A DNA stretch of 63,928 nt, filler included, from Collodictyon triciliatum (lineage: Eukaryota), in the NCBI GenBank assembly GCA_043381765.1. It is 4 parts of 4 records of this genome, joined end to end, with 100 filler letters (N's around TTAATTAATTAA, not from the genome) between each part and the next. Parts side by side here need not be neighbours in the genome. Positions count along the whole stretch, not along the records: positions 16,927 to 33,705 come from JBHJMP010001513.1; positions 33,806 to 50,558 come from JBHJMP010001515.1; 2 more parts are not named here. One strand, 5' to 3'. A program made the position numbers and the translations under genes. The notes under the pieces are model-generated. The model was not told where the DNA came from and searched no databases. It was given only the letters and a program-made list of their open reading frames with translations. Shown piece by piece: positions 25,177 to 47,604 of this stretch (within the stretch, counting starts at the first letter, position 1; each line of letters begins with the position of its first letter).

Positions 25177-28117
25177 TTATTCTTTGGCCAGCGACGACAG
25201 TGCATCCTTGGCAGAAGGCTCGCCCTTCGAAGCGGCCTCTGCATAGAGTCGTCGGATCTCCTTGTTGCGGGTCAAAATGTTCAAGGAGCGGGAAGAGGCA
25301 TAGACTTGGGCCAACAGGGACATTGCTTCTGGGAGCTGGGACTTGACAGCAGCTTTAAGGTGATTTGCCGCTTTGGATGGGCTCTTTTCCACCCCAATCC
25401 CGCGAAGATAGCAGTTACCCAGGTAATAATGGCCCATGGGCTCATCAGCGTTTGCGGATTCGTTATACCAGCGGAAGGCACTGATGCTGTCCTGCTGAGT
25501 CCCTTGGCCGTGGCGATGCATTTCACCGAGCATGCTGTACAACCTGCTGTCCTTGTACTGGGCAGCCGTGTTCAGGTAGCGGTAGGCCTCGTCCTGGTTA
25601 GATTCCACCAAATTGTGGTAGATGGCATACAAAAGAGTGGATTCGGCTTTGTTGTCTTCCTTTTGTTCGGCTTGCAGTTCATCCAGCAACTCTCGCGCCT
25701 CTGCCTTGTCGCGCTCAGTTACATAGATAAGTAGGCTCATTAAGTTTATGCGCTCATCTGTCTCACTGACAGGCAAAGAAGCCGGATGGATGTAGTATAA
25801 TAGCCACAGGTTCAAAACGGCGACAATCATGGTGGGTTTGATGGAAAGCATGGTATGCAGTAGCTTTCGGCACAAGGCATAGTCTTGTTGACGGAAGTAT
25901 GAAAACAGGTACATAAACTGTTTACGAACAGAGCCTCCAGTGGGAAGATTGGTAAACTTCTTTGAGTTACTCAACAAGAAATGCAGGCGCCATGCGAATT
26001 CGTCACCGGTGACGGTCAGCGCCTGCTCATTTGTTGCTGCTGTCATGTCCTGTTGGGACCGCACCGGAAGCCCAAAAGACCGTTGCTTCTGAGCCAGACT
26101 GGAGGCTTCGTTCATTTCCGCCGCATCCGTGTAGTATTCGCTCTGGACATCCAAAGAACGCAATGAACCAGAGCTGTAGCGCCGAGCATTTGTGTACTCG
26201 CTGTCTGCTGTGGAGGCCACGCTCTTTAGGAAACTCGATGTTGGAGTCCCAAACGTCCCACCTTCTCCAGGGCCAACTTCCTCATTCCCACGGCTGGACA
26301 CGAGCTGTGTTGCCATGTTGCCACTGGACCCGCGCTGTCTGCCCGTGACTCCGGCCCCTTGGTCAGAGCGAAGAATCTTGATCTGGGTCTCAAGCTCATT
26401 GATGGAGCGCTGTGATTCTTGTCGATGAACTTGAATCTGGATAGTCTGCTGCTCCACCTGGTGTCTGAGGTCTCGGTCAGCGGCTTGCAAGTTACCGCAC
26501 AATTGGGTCAGTTGCTGAGAAGCGCGGATAGCGGCATCCTTCTCGGACGTGAGGGTGCTGATTTTGTGCTTCAAGGCAGCAATCTCCTCTTGCAACTGGG
26601 CCACTTTGCCTTTGGCATTCGGGGCCGCTTGGCTATGGGCACTCTCATCGCTCAGCTTCTTGCGGGCCTCTTCAAGCTCCTGCTGAATCTGCGCCTTCTC
26701 GCTCTTGACCAGAGCTATGGTTTCCTTCAGCTGCTCGTTCTCCCTAACAGCTTCCTCAAGCTGGCGGGTGAGAGCTTCAGTGGCGGCTTGGGCCTGAGAC
26801 ACCTTTTCAAGATCGAGAGCACGTGTGGATTGCTGTTTGTGGTGATGCTCCATCTCGGCCAACTTTGCACTCAGCTCAGAGTTGATTGCCTGCTGCTTGG
26901 CCAGCTCCTTTTGGGCCTGAGCAGCAGCCTCTTCGTTGGCCTTTGCCACGCGTTCAGTCTGCTCAAGCAGATTCTTGAGGCTTTGTGCATCCCCATCTTC
27001 GGCTTGCTTCTTGAGCGACAGGGCAACCGACTCTTGTGTGAGCCTGCTAACCTCATCCTGGTATTGACTGCGCTGCTGCTCGAGCACAATCGCGTTGTCC
27101 TCCAGATGTTTTCGCAGATCCATCTCGATGGCCCGCTGCTGCTCGAGGGCTGTACGGAGTTTGGCCGAGCCTGCCTTCTCCTGGTCACACTCTCGGGTTG
27201 CTGCGTCTTTGGCTAGCTGCAACTGCATGGTCAGTTCCTGAAGCGTGCCTATCTCGGCAAGCAGCTTCTGAGTCTTGTCCTGCGCCGAGGCCAAACTCAG
27301 CTTCTGGCGCAAGGACTCAGCCTCTTGACTGGATTGTTCCAACTGCACGCGAAGTCGTCCGCTTTCTCGCTGCGCCTCGTCTGCTTTGGCATTTGCCGCA
27401 ATCAGCTGCGTGTTGAGCTCCTCAGTGGCGCGCTCGGCCTGCTCGATCTGCCTGTGGCTCTCGTTCTCGGGCCCACGGGCCGCCAGAGCCTCTTTCAGCT
27501 TGTGCTCAAGGTCTTCTTTGTCTCGCTCCAGCTGCGAAATCTCTTCCTTCTTTTGCCCAAAGGCCTCTCGGGCTTCCAGCAGTCGGCTCTTGACGCTCTT
27601 CTCGGCTGCTGCCTTGGATTCCCACTGGCCGTATGCCGCAACGTACAGCCTCTTGAGAAAGCTAACCTCATCGGGGAGCTCTCCAGACGCCGGGTACGCC
27701 TTCATGAGCTCCTGCTCGTTCATCCTAGAGCGCTAATGTACACAATCACTTGTTTTTTGTTTCATTTTTTGTTTGTTTTTCCTTTTCTTTTCTTTCTCTT
27801 TTTTTTTTTTCTCTTTTTCTCTCTCTCTCAATGCACGCTACATGGCTCGTTAATGTTACTTCTCACTTGCTCTGATCTCTTCGAAAGGCTTTGTGTGCTG
27901 TGGCAGGAGACTGTGAAATCAGAGGTCGTTCAAATACCCCATGTGTTATGGATGTTTCCCTAACCGGGTAATCAATCTGCGTTCTTAGTTGGCATTTAGA
28001 GAAAGAGACCTGTGTGGGTGTACCAGGAGCTATTGAGTTCATAAATGAATAACCAAACTCCGACATGAAGGCCAAATCTGGATAAAGCTCTGAATGAAGT
28101 GCAATTTGCGTAATCAT
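25177..28117 (-). CDS. Long coiled-coil protein with C-terminal Sel1-like repeats (exons ~27867-28117 and 25177-27724)
   Basis: 848-aa ORF with an E/Q/K/L/A-rich heptad region; LGEMHRHGQGTQQDSISAFRWYNESA and LGNCYLRGIGVEKSPSKAANHLKAA fit the Sel1 consensus. The upstream ORF splices in frame (AA|G ATG) across GT-AG intron 27725-27866; start codon uncertain. Confidence 0.85.
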
Positions 28118-28300
28118 TCAGTGTGTAGTATAATAAATATGGAAAATAATGTTAAATATAATTTATTATTCATAATTAATCGATACATGTATAATAGCAC
28201 AAATTATATATACTAAAATACAATTTCATAAAGTAAAAGATAAACTCTTACCACCACACTCCCACCTTTACCTGGCTGCGTATGAACCGCGTGAGTTCTT

Positions 28301-28307
28301 TCAATCG

Positions 28308-28370
<63 letters not shown>
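28301..28370. repeat. (TCAA)n microsatellite between two divergently transcribed genes
   Basis: Direct reading. Confidence 0.95.
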
Positions 28371-28373
<3 letters not shown>

Positions 28374-28439
28374 CCAGCCGCCTCATTCCCAAAGCTTGCA
28401 GGATTCAAAAGCCAAAAAAAAAAAAAACAAAAAAAAAAA

Positions 28440-28480
<41 letters not shown>

Positions 28481-28674
28481 AAAAAAAAAAAGCCAGAAAA
28501 AAAACAACACAAAAATCGAAAAAGTACATCTTCGAACAAATAAACTCATAAACTCTGCGCCAACCATTTCTCGAGACACTAAACGCCCGATTGCGCATCT
28601 TACGCAGCCATTCTCGCACACTGCCGCAACTGGAAGGGAGAGACAACCGAAACAAAAGCACAGAAGAGAACGAC

Positions 28675-29184
28675 ATGGCCAACCCAGAAACGCAAAGCAC
28701 CGGCGAGCCCAGCCTTCTTGTACCAGAAACATTCGAGAGTGAGGCTTTGCTCTTTGAAGGGACAGTCATCCACGGGTTCGGCCGGGGCTCCAAGCAGCTG
28801 GGAATCCCCACGGCAAACCTGGGAGTGGACCAAGAGCCGCGGGTGCAGTCTCCCGATTTCCGCACAGGCATCTACCTTGGGTGGGCCACGCTGGATCGCA
28901 AAGGCCCCGTTTATCCCATGGTCATGAGCATCGGCTGGAATCCGTTCTACCGCAACACCGTCAAGACCATGGAGGCGCACCTGATTCATCAATTCGATCA
29001 GGACTTCTACGGCGTGCATCTGCGCCTCTGCGTCGTGGGTTATCTCCGTCCAGAGCGAGACTTTACCTCCTTGGAGGCCCTGATCGACGCTATCAAGCTG
29101 GACATCCGCTCCACTGAAGCCGCGCTCAAGACTCCCGGCCTGGCGCAGACAGCCTCCCATGCTTTCCTTGTCGATCCGCAATGA
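28675..29184 (+). CDS. RFK: Riboflavin kinase (monofunctional, intronless)
   Basis: GFGRGSKQLGIPTANL, GIYLGWA, MVMSIGWNPFY, EAHLIHQFDQDFYG, GYLRPERDFTSLEALIDAI. Confidence 0.97.
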   Translation: MANPETQSTGEPSLLVPETFESEALLFEGTVIHGFGRGSKQLGIPTANLGVDQEPRVQSPDFRTGIYLGWATLDRKGPVYPMVMSIGWNPFYRNTVKTMEAHLIHQFDQDFYGVHLRLCVVGYLRPERDFTSLEALIDAIKLDIRSTEAALKTPGLAQTASHAFLVDPQ

Positions 29185-29621
29185 CTGTGCTTGCGGCCCA
29201 GGGTCTCTCGTGCAAAGAGCAATTCATGCGATATCTTGGCTTCTCTTGGCATCCCTTTTTTTCTTTTCCCTATAATATCCCTTGTTTTCATCCACAACCG
29301 AAACGCGGCTTCTTTACAATCCATCCCTCAAGTCTCATCAATATAGGTCTCAGATTCCTATTCTTTTCCGTTCTTTTTTTTTTAAAAAAAAAAATAATAA
29401 CAATCAAAAGCAAAAAGTTAACGAGTGAATCAATCAAAATAAAAAGGAAGGAATATGAGAAATTGTCCGATTCTTGAATGTAGGCATACGTATGAAATAT
29501 TAGATTACACGCAAAGAATTCAGTAAGTATTTAATCCTGGGGCATCATATCCAGTTATCCATCACTATTTGCTTATGCTTCTTGTTCCTTGACAATTTTT
29601 TAATATTTTTTTTTTAATTCG

Positions 29622-32600
29622 TCAAGACTTTGAAGACGCCGCGGTTAACGAAACTCGGGGGATGGTCTGATTCATATTTTGTGCCTGGTTGAGGTTCTGG
29701 GAGGAATAGGAAGAGTTCGATGACGAGGGGTTGACTTCCTGGCGAGCGAGCATGAATAGGATTAGCGGACGAACCATCTCGATTGACACTTGTCCAGACT
29801 GATGGCTGAGACTGGGCTCTGCATGTCCAGCGTTAGACTCTGCTTTTCGCACAAACCCTGAGATGAGGCCAATCATGTCCAGACAGCTGTAATTTGTGGG
29901 GATGACCGATTCTGCCTGGCGAAATAGGTTGATGATGTTTTCTTGTGTCTGCTCGTCCTCTCCTTTTGCCCCCTGAGAAGCAGCCTCGGATTCAGATTTA
30001 GATTCAGATTTAGATTCAGATTTAGATTCAGATTTAGATTCAGATTCAGTTTCAGTTCCACTCTCTTCTTCCACAATGTTCAGATATTGGGACAGCTTCG
30101 GACTTTGTGCTGTGTCTGCGATTGATATGGCATATGCCAGTAGCTCGCTGTAGAGCAAGTGGAAAAGCTCAAAATGCTCGATGTCCTGGTCACAGTGCTT
30201 TTGGACGAGCTCGATGGCTCGCTTCCAATCCCGGACATACAGTAGAATCTTGAGAGCGTCGACAGATTGGCCACACGCAAGATGAAGCGAGAGGCGTGCA
30301 TCGATGGCATCACGAGGGGTTTTTGTGTCTATGGGAGGCAAGATGGACAAAGCGTGTGTGTAGAATATAGTGTTTGCATTTGAGAATGCGTGTGGCGGCA
30401 ACGAGTCAGGAGGGGAGGTCTGGGTAACCACGCGCACAAACCCTGGGAGTAGGATAGGATTTACCTAAGATAAGCGCAAAAAAAATAAAATAAAATGGTG
30501 TGTATAAATGACGCTGGGACAAATATGTATTTTATCTTGTACAGGTTTCTTTTAAAAAAACAGAAAGAGAGGGAAGTAATGTTTAAGAGCTGGTTGGTAG
30601 GATATTTCAAATAGATGTACATAGAGCCGAAAACCTGATAATAAAGACGGCACAGAATGTCAAAGTACGGATGGTGAGAGGCCCTAGTCGCGGTGGGGGT
30701 ATTGTGACCGATGTTGGAGGGGGTTGATGGTACTTGCGAGTGTTGTGATGAAAAGAAGAATGCGTCGCTGCTTTCATTCATATTAAACAATCTAGCGTTT
30801 GGAGTTGGGCAAGGGGCCTAAGACCAAATGAGGTGAATATATGGTTATTCCCCCTCTTTTATGATGAGATAATACAAGATAATACAAGATAATACAAGAT
30901 AATACAAGATAATACAAGATAATACAAGATAATACAAGATAATACAAGATAATACAAGATAATACAAGATAATACAAGATAATACAACAAAATACAACAG
31001 AATACAACAGAATACAACAGAATACAACAGAATACAACAGAATACAACAGAATACAACAGAATACAACAGAATACAACAGAATACAACAGAATACAGCAT
31101 AATACAACAAACAACAGCAATAAAATAAAAAACAAATTATTTTTTGAATATTTTAGCTGTTATTTTACATAATTATTCTGACCTTGCCTGCAACAAAGTC
31201 CGGAAGTTTTTGTAAATTCAACATAGCTTCCAAATCATGCAGAATTTTGGAAGGTGTGCGTTGAATGGCCAATTCCATGGCTGCTCGAGATAAGTTTGGA
31301 ATATATTGGCAATCTGCGGGGATGTCTGAGTAGTAAGGCGTTGGGTTGGTTCGAATGTGAGACAGCTCGAGAGATCCTTGTGTTTGCAGGGTGTTTGGTT
31401 GTATTTGCAAAGTCAGAGGATTGACCACAGAAGATAGCGTGTTACTCGCGCCGGTTCTAGGACTCAACGGGCTGAATGCGCTTGCAGATTGGATGGGAGG
31501 GGTGATGGACAACTGACCAGGACTTGTTGATGGTCGAGAAGGAAGCGACGCAGTGGAATTTGTTGGTTGATTTGGAAGAGATTTTGTCGGGGGACTGTAT
31601 GTTGTGTATGGCAAGTGATGGAGGATTTCCGGTAGAAGTGCCTTGGCTTGGTCTGGTGGGAACTCGATAATCTCAGACATACGAATAAAAACGTCCATAA
31701 GGTCTCTGAGATGAGGAAGTAGCAGATTATTCAAAGGAGTGTTTGACATGAATGAGGTATGGAGTGATGCATCCGAGTTAGAAAGCTTCTCTGATGCAGA
31801 ACCGGATTGGGAGGGTGATTCAACATGGTTTGAAGTTTGTGGGGTAGTGTTCTTGTTAACAGCCCCTGATATGGACGTCATAGAAAGTTGTGAGTTTGTA
31901 GCATTAGGATTTTGTGCGGATATAGACCGAAGTGCGTACTGCAAGTGAGGGAGCAAGGAAAATAACTGGGGCTGCATATTGAGGGAGCCCAAGAGCAATG
32001 CAGGACTCTGCAAATGGTCAATTTGCGCAGCAGCCAGGCACGCTCGAGGATGCAAAGGGAGGGTTGGAGCGCGTGCTTCATAAAGATCTAACCAGGCCTT
32101 TGCAGCACGTCGATGCGCACCGTATGTGCGAAATAGGGCCGGGGTCATTGAAAGGGTTGAAATGGGCGTATCTATCGGGGCCTCTAATAAGTCAGCTGTA
32201 TCCAAGGTTGATATCCGCGACTGAAGAAGTCTCATGCATACTTGCTTATGGTATATGTAAATCGGGGCCGAAACGGCAGATGGAGCCGAGATGGAGAATT
32301 GTGCGTGAGGGAAAGGAAGACCCGTGATGACCTGCAATAAACCACCAGTTTGGATGTTGTGTATCACCAAACGCAAGTCTGCAACCAAAGCAAGACTGAC
32401 ATGTCTATACAAGGACACGGATACAACACGAGACCAATCAGCCTCGCATCGGTATACCCTTTGAGAGTCTTGTGGGGAGGGAGAGGCCAACGTAGGTGGG
32501 GAGGTGGACGGCGATTGAGACGGCGATTGAGACCCAAAGGGAGACACCACACTGGGCACAGAGTCCCATGGTTGCAGCTTCGCACTGGGGATCCAATGAG

Positions 32601-33561
32601 GTCCGGTCGGGGCGTCGTTTCGATAGTGCAGCCAAAAGCTCTGGCCGCTGGCGCAAACAACCCAGAGGCGCGAGTCGACGGTGGGATGGACGGCCAGATG
32701 AGCGATCCGGTCGGCATCCTTCAGAGGCGATGCAGGCGAGGGAGGAAGCCTGACCTGCAGACCGAGGCGCGCCTGGTGCGGCTGGCAAGCCACTGAGTGC
32801 TCGTCCATCTGCATCCAGAGGGCATTGCGGGTCACAAGCACAGGCCTCCCCCGCAGAAGCTGCCCACGGCCGGCCTCTGCAGCCCGCTGGTTGAGATTTG
32901 CGGTTGGGTGGGAGCTTGCATGCTCGGCTGGCTCCGACTTCTGCACCGAGTCCATGTCCAGCTCCAGGAAGCGCAGCGGGTTGGGCACAAGCACTGCGCG
33001 CTGCAGATTGCGCGTCGTCACGCTGGCGGGGAAGGGCTGGTCGAGCCAGCGACGCGAGGCGCCCTCGAAGCGGCTGAGCCACACGCGCCCATCGTGCAAA
33101 ACAACGGCCAAATCCACATCGCGGGTTTGCGCCGCGCTTTGCGGCTCTGGAATCGAAGCCCCAGGCAGCTGCTTGGCATTGGCATTGGCATTGGCCTTGG
33201 CATTGGTGGCCTGCGTGCTGATAACCACCTGCTGCGCGCGGCCGGGAAGGACTGTGCCGTGTCTGAGATCGCTGCCGGGCGAGTCGTCCTGGGCGGTGGG
33301 CAGCAGGTGAGGCTGTCCGTGTGCTTGGGACTGTGGTTGCGGATGCAGGCGGAAGAGGACGGAGTTTGGGCCGTCGATGCTGCCTGGTCGTGCGACAATG
33401 AAGACCAGGTGGCTGCCGTGCGTGGCGATGTGGGTGATCTCTCCGTGGTGTGGGGGCTGCAGAAGCCGCAGGACGTGCGGAAGGTGCGTGAAGCGGCCGT
33501 GGCTCTGTGCGTCGACCGGCTGCAGGCGGAATGGCTGTTCTGGGGTTGCTGTGCTGGCCAT
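29622..33561 (-). CDS. Large beta-propeller plus helical protein, probably HPS6-like (BLOC-2 subunit); exons ~31183-33561, ~30635-30745, ~29622-30445
   Basis: 798-aa and 271-aa ORFs with an intervening exon (HPYFDILCRLYYQ). Several collinear blocks resemble animal HPS6 as I recall it. The gene is clear; the family call is tentative. Confidence 0.55.
29989..30050 (-). repeat. Coding 12-bp tandem repeat encoding (ESKS)n
   Basis: GATTCAGATTTA repeats on + strand inside the last exon. Confidence 0.9.
30867..31107. repeat. Intronic 10-bp minisatellite: AATACAAGAT block grading into AATACAACAG block
   Basis: Direct reading; one intermediate unit AATACAACAA at 30981-30990. Confidence 0.95.
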
Positions 33562-33705
33562 GCCTTTCTTGGTGTTGTTTGTCTTGTTTGTTTTGTTTTG
33601 TTTCGTTTTGTTTTGTTTTGTTTTGTTTTGTTTTGTTTTGTTTTGTTTTGTTTTGTTTTGTTTTGTTTTGTTTGTTTGTTTGTTTGTTTGTTTGTTTGTT
33701 TGTTT

Positions 33706-33805
33706 NNNNNNNNNNNNNNNNNNNNNNNNNNNNNNNNNNNNNNNNNNNNTTAATTAATTAANNNNNNNNNNNNNNNNNNNNNNNNNNNNNNNNNNNNNNN
33801 NNNNN
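33706..33805. other. Artificial scaffold-joining spacer
   Basis: Same 100-bp N44-TTAATTAATTAA-N44 structure. Confidence 0.97.
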
Positions 33806-33884
<79 letters not shown>

Positions 33885-33963
33885 GATGTTGATGTTGCTG
33901 CTGCCTATTCGCCTCAAGGAAAGAATGAGAATGTAGACAAAGTATTTAATGCGAATTTTTAAG

Positions 33964-43950
<9,987 letters not shown>

Positions 43951-44812
43951 TATATACCTAAACACTGCACATGAGACAGCATAAATCTGATGTTAAACCA
44001 ACCGGATTCCTAGCTCTGTTCGTTGTCCCTTGTCTCATCGTGTTCATCTGTAACGCGAATAGCGGATGCATACTCAATGTCGGATGACGAGCAACCAGAC
44101 TCAAGATTAATTCATTAATTGTTTCACCTTTCCCTTTGTTTCTTTCATGTAGTTTTTTTTTTTAATAAGGTTTTTTCATTTGGCGAATCGTTCGTTTATT
44201 CGGTGGCTCCTGTTAGCTCCCACCGGGGCTCAGGCGAATATGGCCCCGGCCAGACTTATTGGCAACACAAGACACTTGAATGACTCCAAAAGGCCGTGTG
44301 AGTGGGAAACCAAACAACCTCACAAGGGTGAGCGGATTCAATGGTTGTCTTTTATTCCATTGGTTGGTTTGGTGGCAAAAGACCATCTGACCATCGCGAC
44401 AAGCGAAAGAGTCCGATGCGGCTGGGACAGCGACACAAAACTCAAGGAGGGGCAAATATACATCTTTCTTATTCTTTGTTTGTGAAGGTGTGGGGGTAGT
44501 GGGGCACTTAGGGTAGATGCTTAAAGGGTTGATGGGAAGAAGTTTCAGAATGGGGATGTGTAGGTTGGTGGCGAGGGCAGGCTGGACTCGAAAAAAGGAG
44601 GCGTGGGGATGTTAACAGAGGAAGTTAGTGCACAAGAATGCATCGCCTTCGCAGTATGGTGCCTACAAGACAAATCGGTTTATGAAAAAGAAAACCCTGA
44701 CCCGGTAGAGAGGGAGAATGTAAATGGATTGGCGTTTACCACCCAGGGAAGGTTGAAGCAACCAAAAAGCCTTACCAGTGCATATACGACGCCAGCAGAG
44801 CCTCGGTCAACC

Positions 44813-47148
44813 TTAGGCCACGGGGTCGATGCGCGAGGTGTCAAGGCCTTGGAAGTACGGGTGCTGCAATGCTCGCTTGGCAGAGATACGTTGGGCGGGC
44901 TCGTACTGGAGCATGGACTGGCAGGGCGTTGTGGAAGGGATATTTCGTATGGTTATTCGGAATGTTTGGAAGGTGGAGTATGAAGAGAGGCGAGATAGAA
45001 AGCAGGTTGTGATGTGAGGAGGCGGAGAGAAGTGAGGCGGGTAGATGAAGAGCAAGTCTGGTATGGTATGAAGTTCGGTATTACCATAAGTAGGTCGACA
45101 GCTAGGGGGTCACAGCCAGCAAATTGTCTGACTAGAGGTTGAACTGGCCAGCTGCAATCCGAGATATGTGTTAATGGTGCAGCGTATGAGTTGAAGGAAA
45201 AAAAAACATTCAGATTATGCAAGCACATATGAACACATGTCTTCTGCGGAATGTGATACTGCGACAGAGATAATCACGATTTCCGATGCGACTTACTTGG
45301 GGAAGATTGGCTTGTAGTCGGGGAGAGAAGAAACGCCAGGCCATGTGTCCTCGTTGGGTGTACCCAAGATACTGGAAAACACAAATGAAAATGCATAAAA
45401 AAGGATGCCCATTGGTGGCGTTGAGTTCAGATCATGACGAAAATCACACAGAGGGTGTGTGTCATGGGCAAGTGGAGGCAGATGTGCGGTTCATTACAAT
45501 ATGAGAGACATGAGGACGAGGCTCGTGACAGAGAGACTTTGTGGATGTCTAGACTTACCGGAAGATGCGATAGAGCTGGTCAATCTCAGAGTCACCAGGG
45601 AAGAGCGGGCGTCTAAAATGAATGTGTGTTATGTTGGATTGCTTGTAAATTAGGCCGAGTTAAGAGGAGGTATTCATCAATGACAAGAGACTGGCGGAAC
45701 AAATACACATAGGCAGAGAGCTCGATTCTGAAGCATGATTGTTTTAGACATTGAGTTGGTATATAAAATGGCTATGTTCCAGCCTATGTCTATAAAGGGA
45801 TGATAACCTGGTCAACATCTCGGCCATGATGCAAGCGCATGCCCAGACGTCCACCGCAGTCGAGTAGCTGCGAGCACCAAGAAGGATTTCCGGTGCACGA
45901 TACCAAAGTGTAACTACCTATGTTCCAATGCGTAGAAGTAACCAGTATATTAGGAGAGCACACTCAATGATGTTGTACTCTATAATAATAAGCTGTAACC
46001 TCGTGGGTGTATGGGCGGATGGGAACAGTGAAGGCTCGGGCGAGCCCAAAGTCGGCAATCTTGAGTCGGAAGCTGCGGTCCACAAGCAGATTCTGCGGCT
46101 TCAAATCACGGTGCATGATGCGGTGGCTGTGGCAATGGGCGATGCCGCGTAGAAGTTGATACGAGAGCGACTAGAGCCACGATTTGATGTTAATGATAAA
46201 CATAGGGCTAAGAAGTCGCCTTGTTTCAAACGTAAGTATCCAAAGAGAAAGTTGTGCTGCGCAATGGGACTTGAAGGCAAAGAGGCATGGCAAGGGAGGT
46301 GCGCAGTAGAGTTGAGGCTTTACCTTCACCAGGCCGGCGTCCAACATGGTGCCTCGGTCGAAGCTGTCCATGAAGCGCTTCAGGTCTTGGTCCACGAATT
46401 CAAAGACAAGGTAGAGCTTTCCGCCAGTGTGGGAGACTTCGATCAGGCTGCATGGTTCGAGAGAGAGAAGGTGCCAAGTTAGCAAGGGACAATTACGCGT
46501 CTCGATCAGTGGAGAAGCTTGTGTTACATGATGTGTTTCGGAGTGTCTGAGTGAGTGAGGTTGGTTTGGTTCTCTACTTGACGATATTGGGGTGAGGCAC
46601 TTCCTTCAGCAGCGAGATTTCTCGGATGGCTGTGGCAGGGACGCCTTCCTCTTCTTGCTCCAGGCGAATCTTCTTCATGGCGACAAAGAGGTCGGTCATC
46701 TTCAGTGAGTGGTGGGAGATAAGAGCAATTCGTTAGTTGGCTGCTCTGAAATAACGAAAGGAGGACGTTGAAGGGAAGTATGGTTGGGAGTCGGAAGGAA
46801 TATATCGCTAGTCCTTGAGGGACGAAGAAGACGGCCATATTTGTGAGCCAAGAGCGAGCGAAGAGGGAGGCTTTACCTTGTCGCGCGCTTTGTAGACGAC
46901 ACCGTACGTGCCTTCTCCAACTTTTTCAATCTGTTTGGGGGAGAGCGTCATCAATTGTTACAACTCGGCTTACTTCACACTATGGATTCTCTGGGCGAAG
47001 ACTGCACACGAGGCTCATAATGTTCGTTCTCTCAAAAGGAATAGTGGAAAGTGTGTTGGCAAGTGGGATTTGTACTGCTTTGGCTGTGCCATAGAGAAGT
47101 TAGGTGTTTCCAAGAACGCACCTTCACATAGCGGTCGAGGCTGGACAT
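44813..47148 (-). CDS. Cyclin-dependent kinase, CDK1/2/CDKA family, with PATAIRE helix
   Basis: [27 protein letters not shown]|...[88 protein letters not shown]. Confidence 0.96.
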
Positions 47149-47604
47149 TGGGAGTGCTTGCTGGTATGGCTGTGTTTTCTGGGGCGCTTGTTTCTGCTGG
47201 GGCTGCGGACAGACTATGCGAGAAGATATTAGAGTCGCATGAGTGCTTTGTCAGGATAGCCTGATGCCTCAGGTACAGTTTTGAAGCAGGGCTCCAGACT
47301 CAACCCAGTTCTTAGCTGAAGGTTTGATTGGCTGCAACAGCATCAAGCTTTGCAGATTAACATTGAAGGCAGTGTTTCAATCATGTCATTGGAGTAGAGG
47401 GCTTCTTGGTAGATGATTCTTTGGTTAGAGATATAAATATATGCCATTTTGGGAAGATTGCTTTTCAAAAATTTGAATGTTTGAATAAAAACAACGATAT
47501 TTTCTTGATGTGGAATTCATAACACTCTTTAGCCGGTGGCGTGTGAGATAAGTTTTCTTTATCTCGCCCTTCTCGTTCGGTATTGCGTATGGATTTTATT
47601 CTGC

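Noticed and set aside
30867-31107. CRISPR-like array or repetitive ORFs (ILLYSVVFCC)n
   Set aside because: Contiguous 10-bp units with no spacers, intronic, no cas genes.
32797-33753. 318-aa antisense ORF (also 26419-27216 and 28600-29181)
   Set aside because: Shadow ORFs opposite GC-rich coding sequence, with no recognisable motifs.
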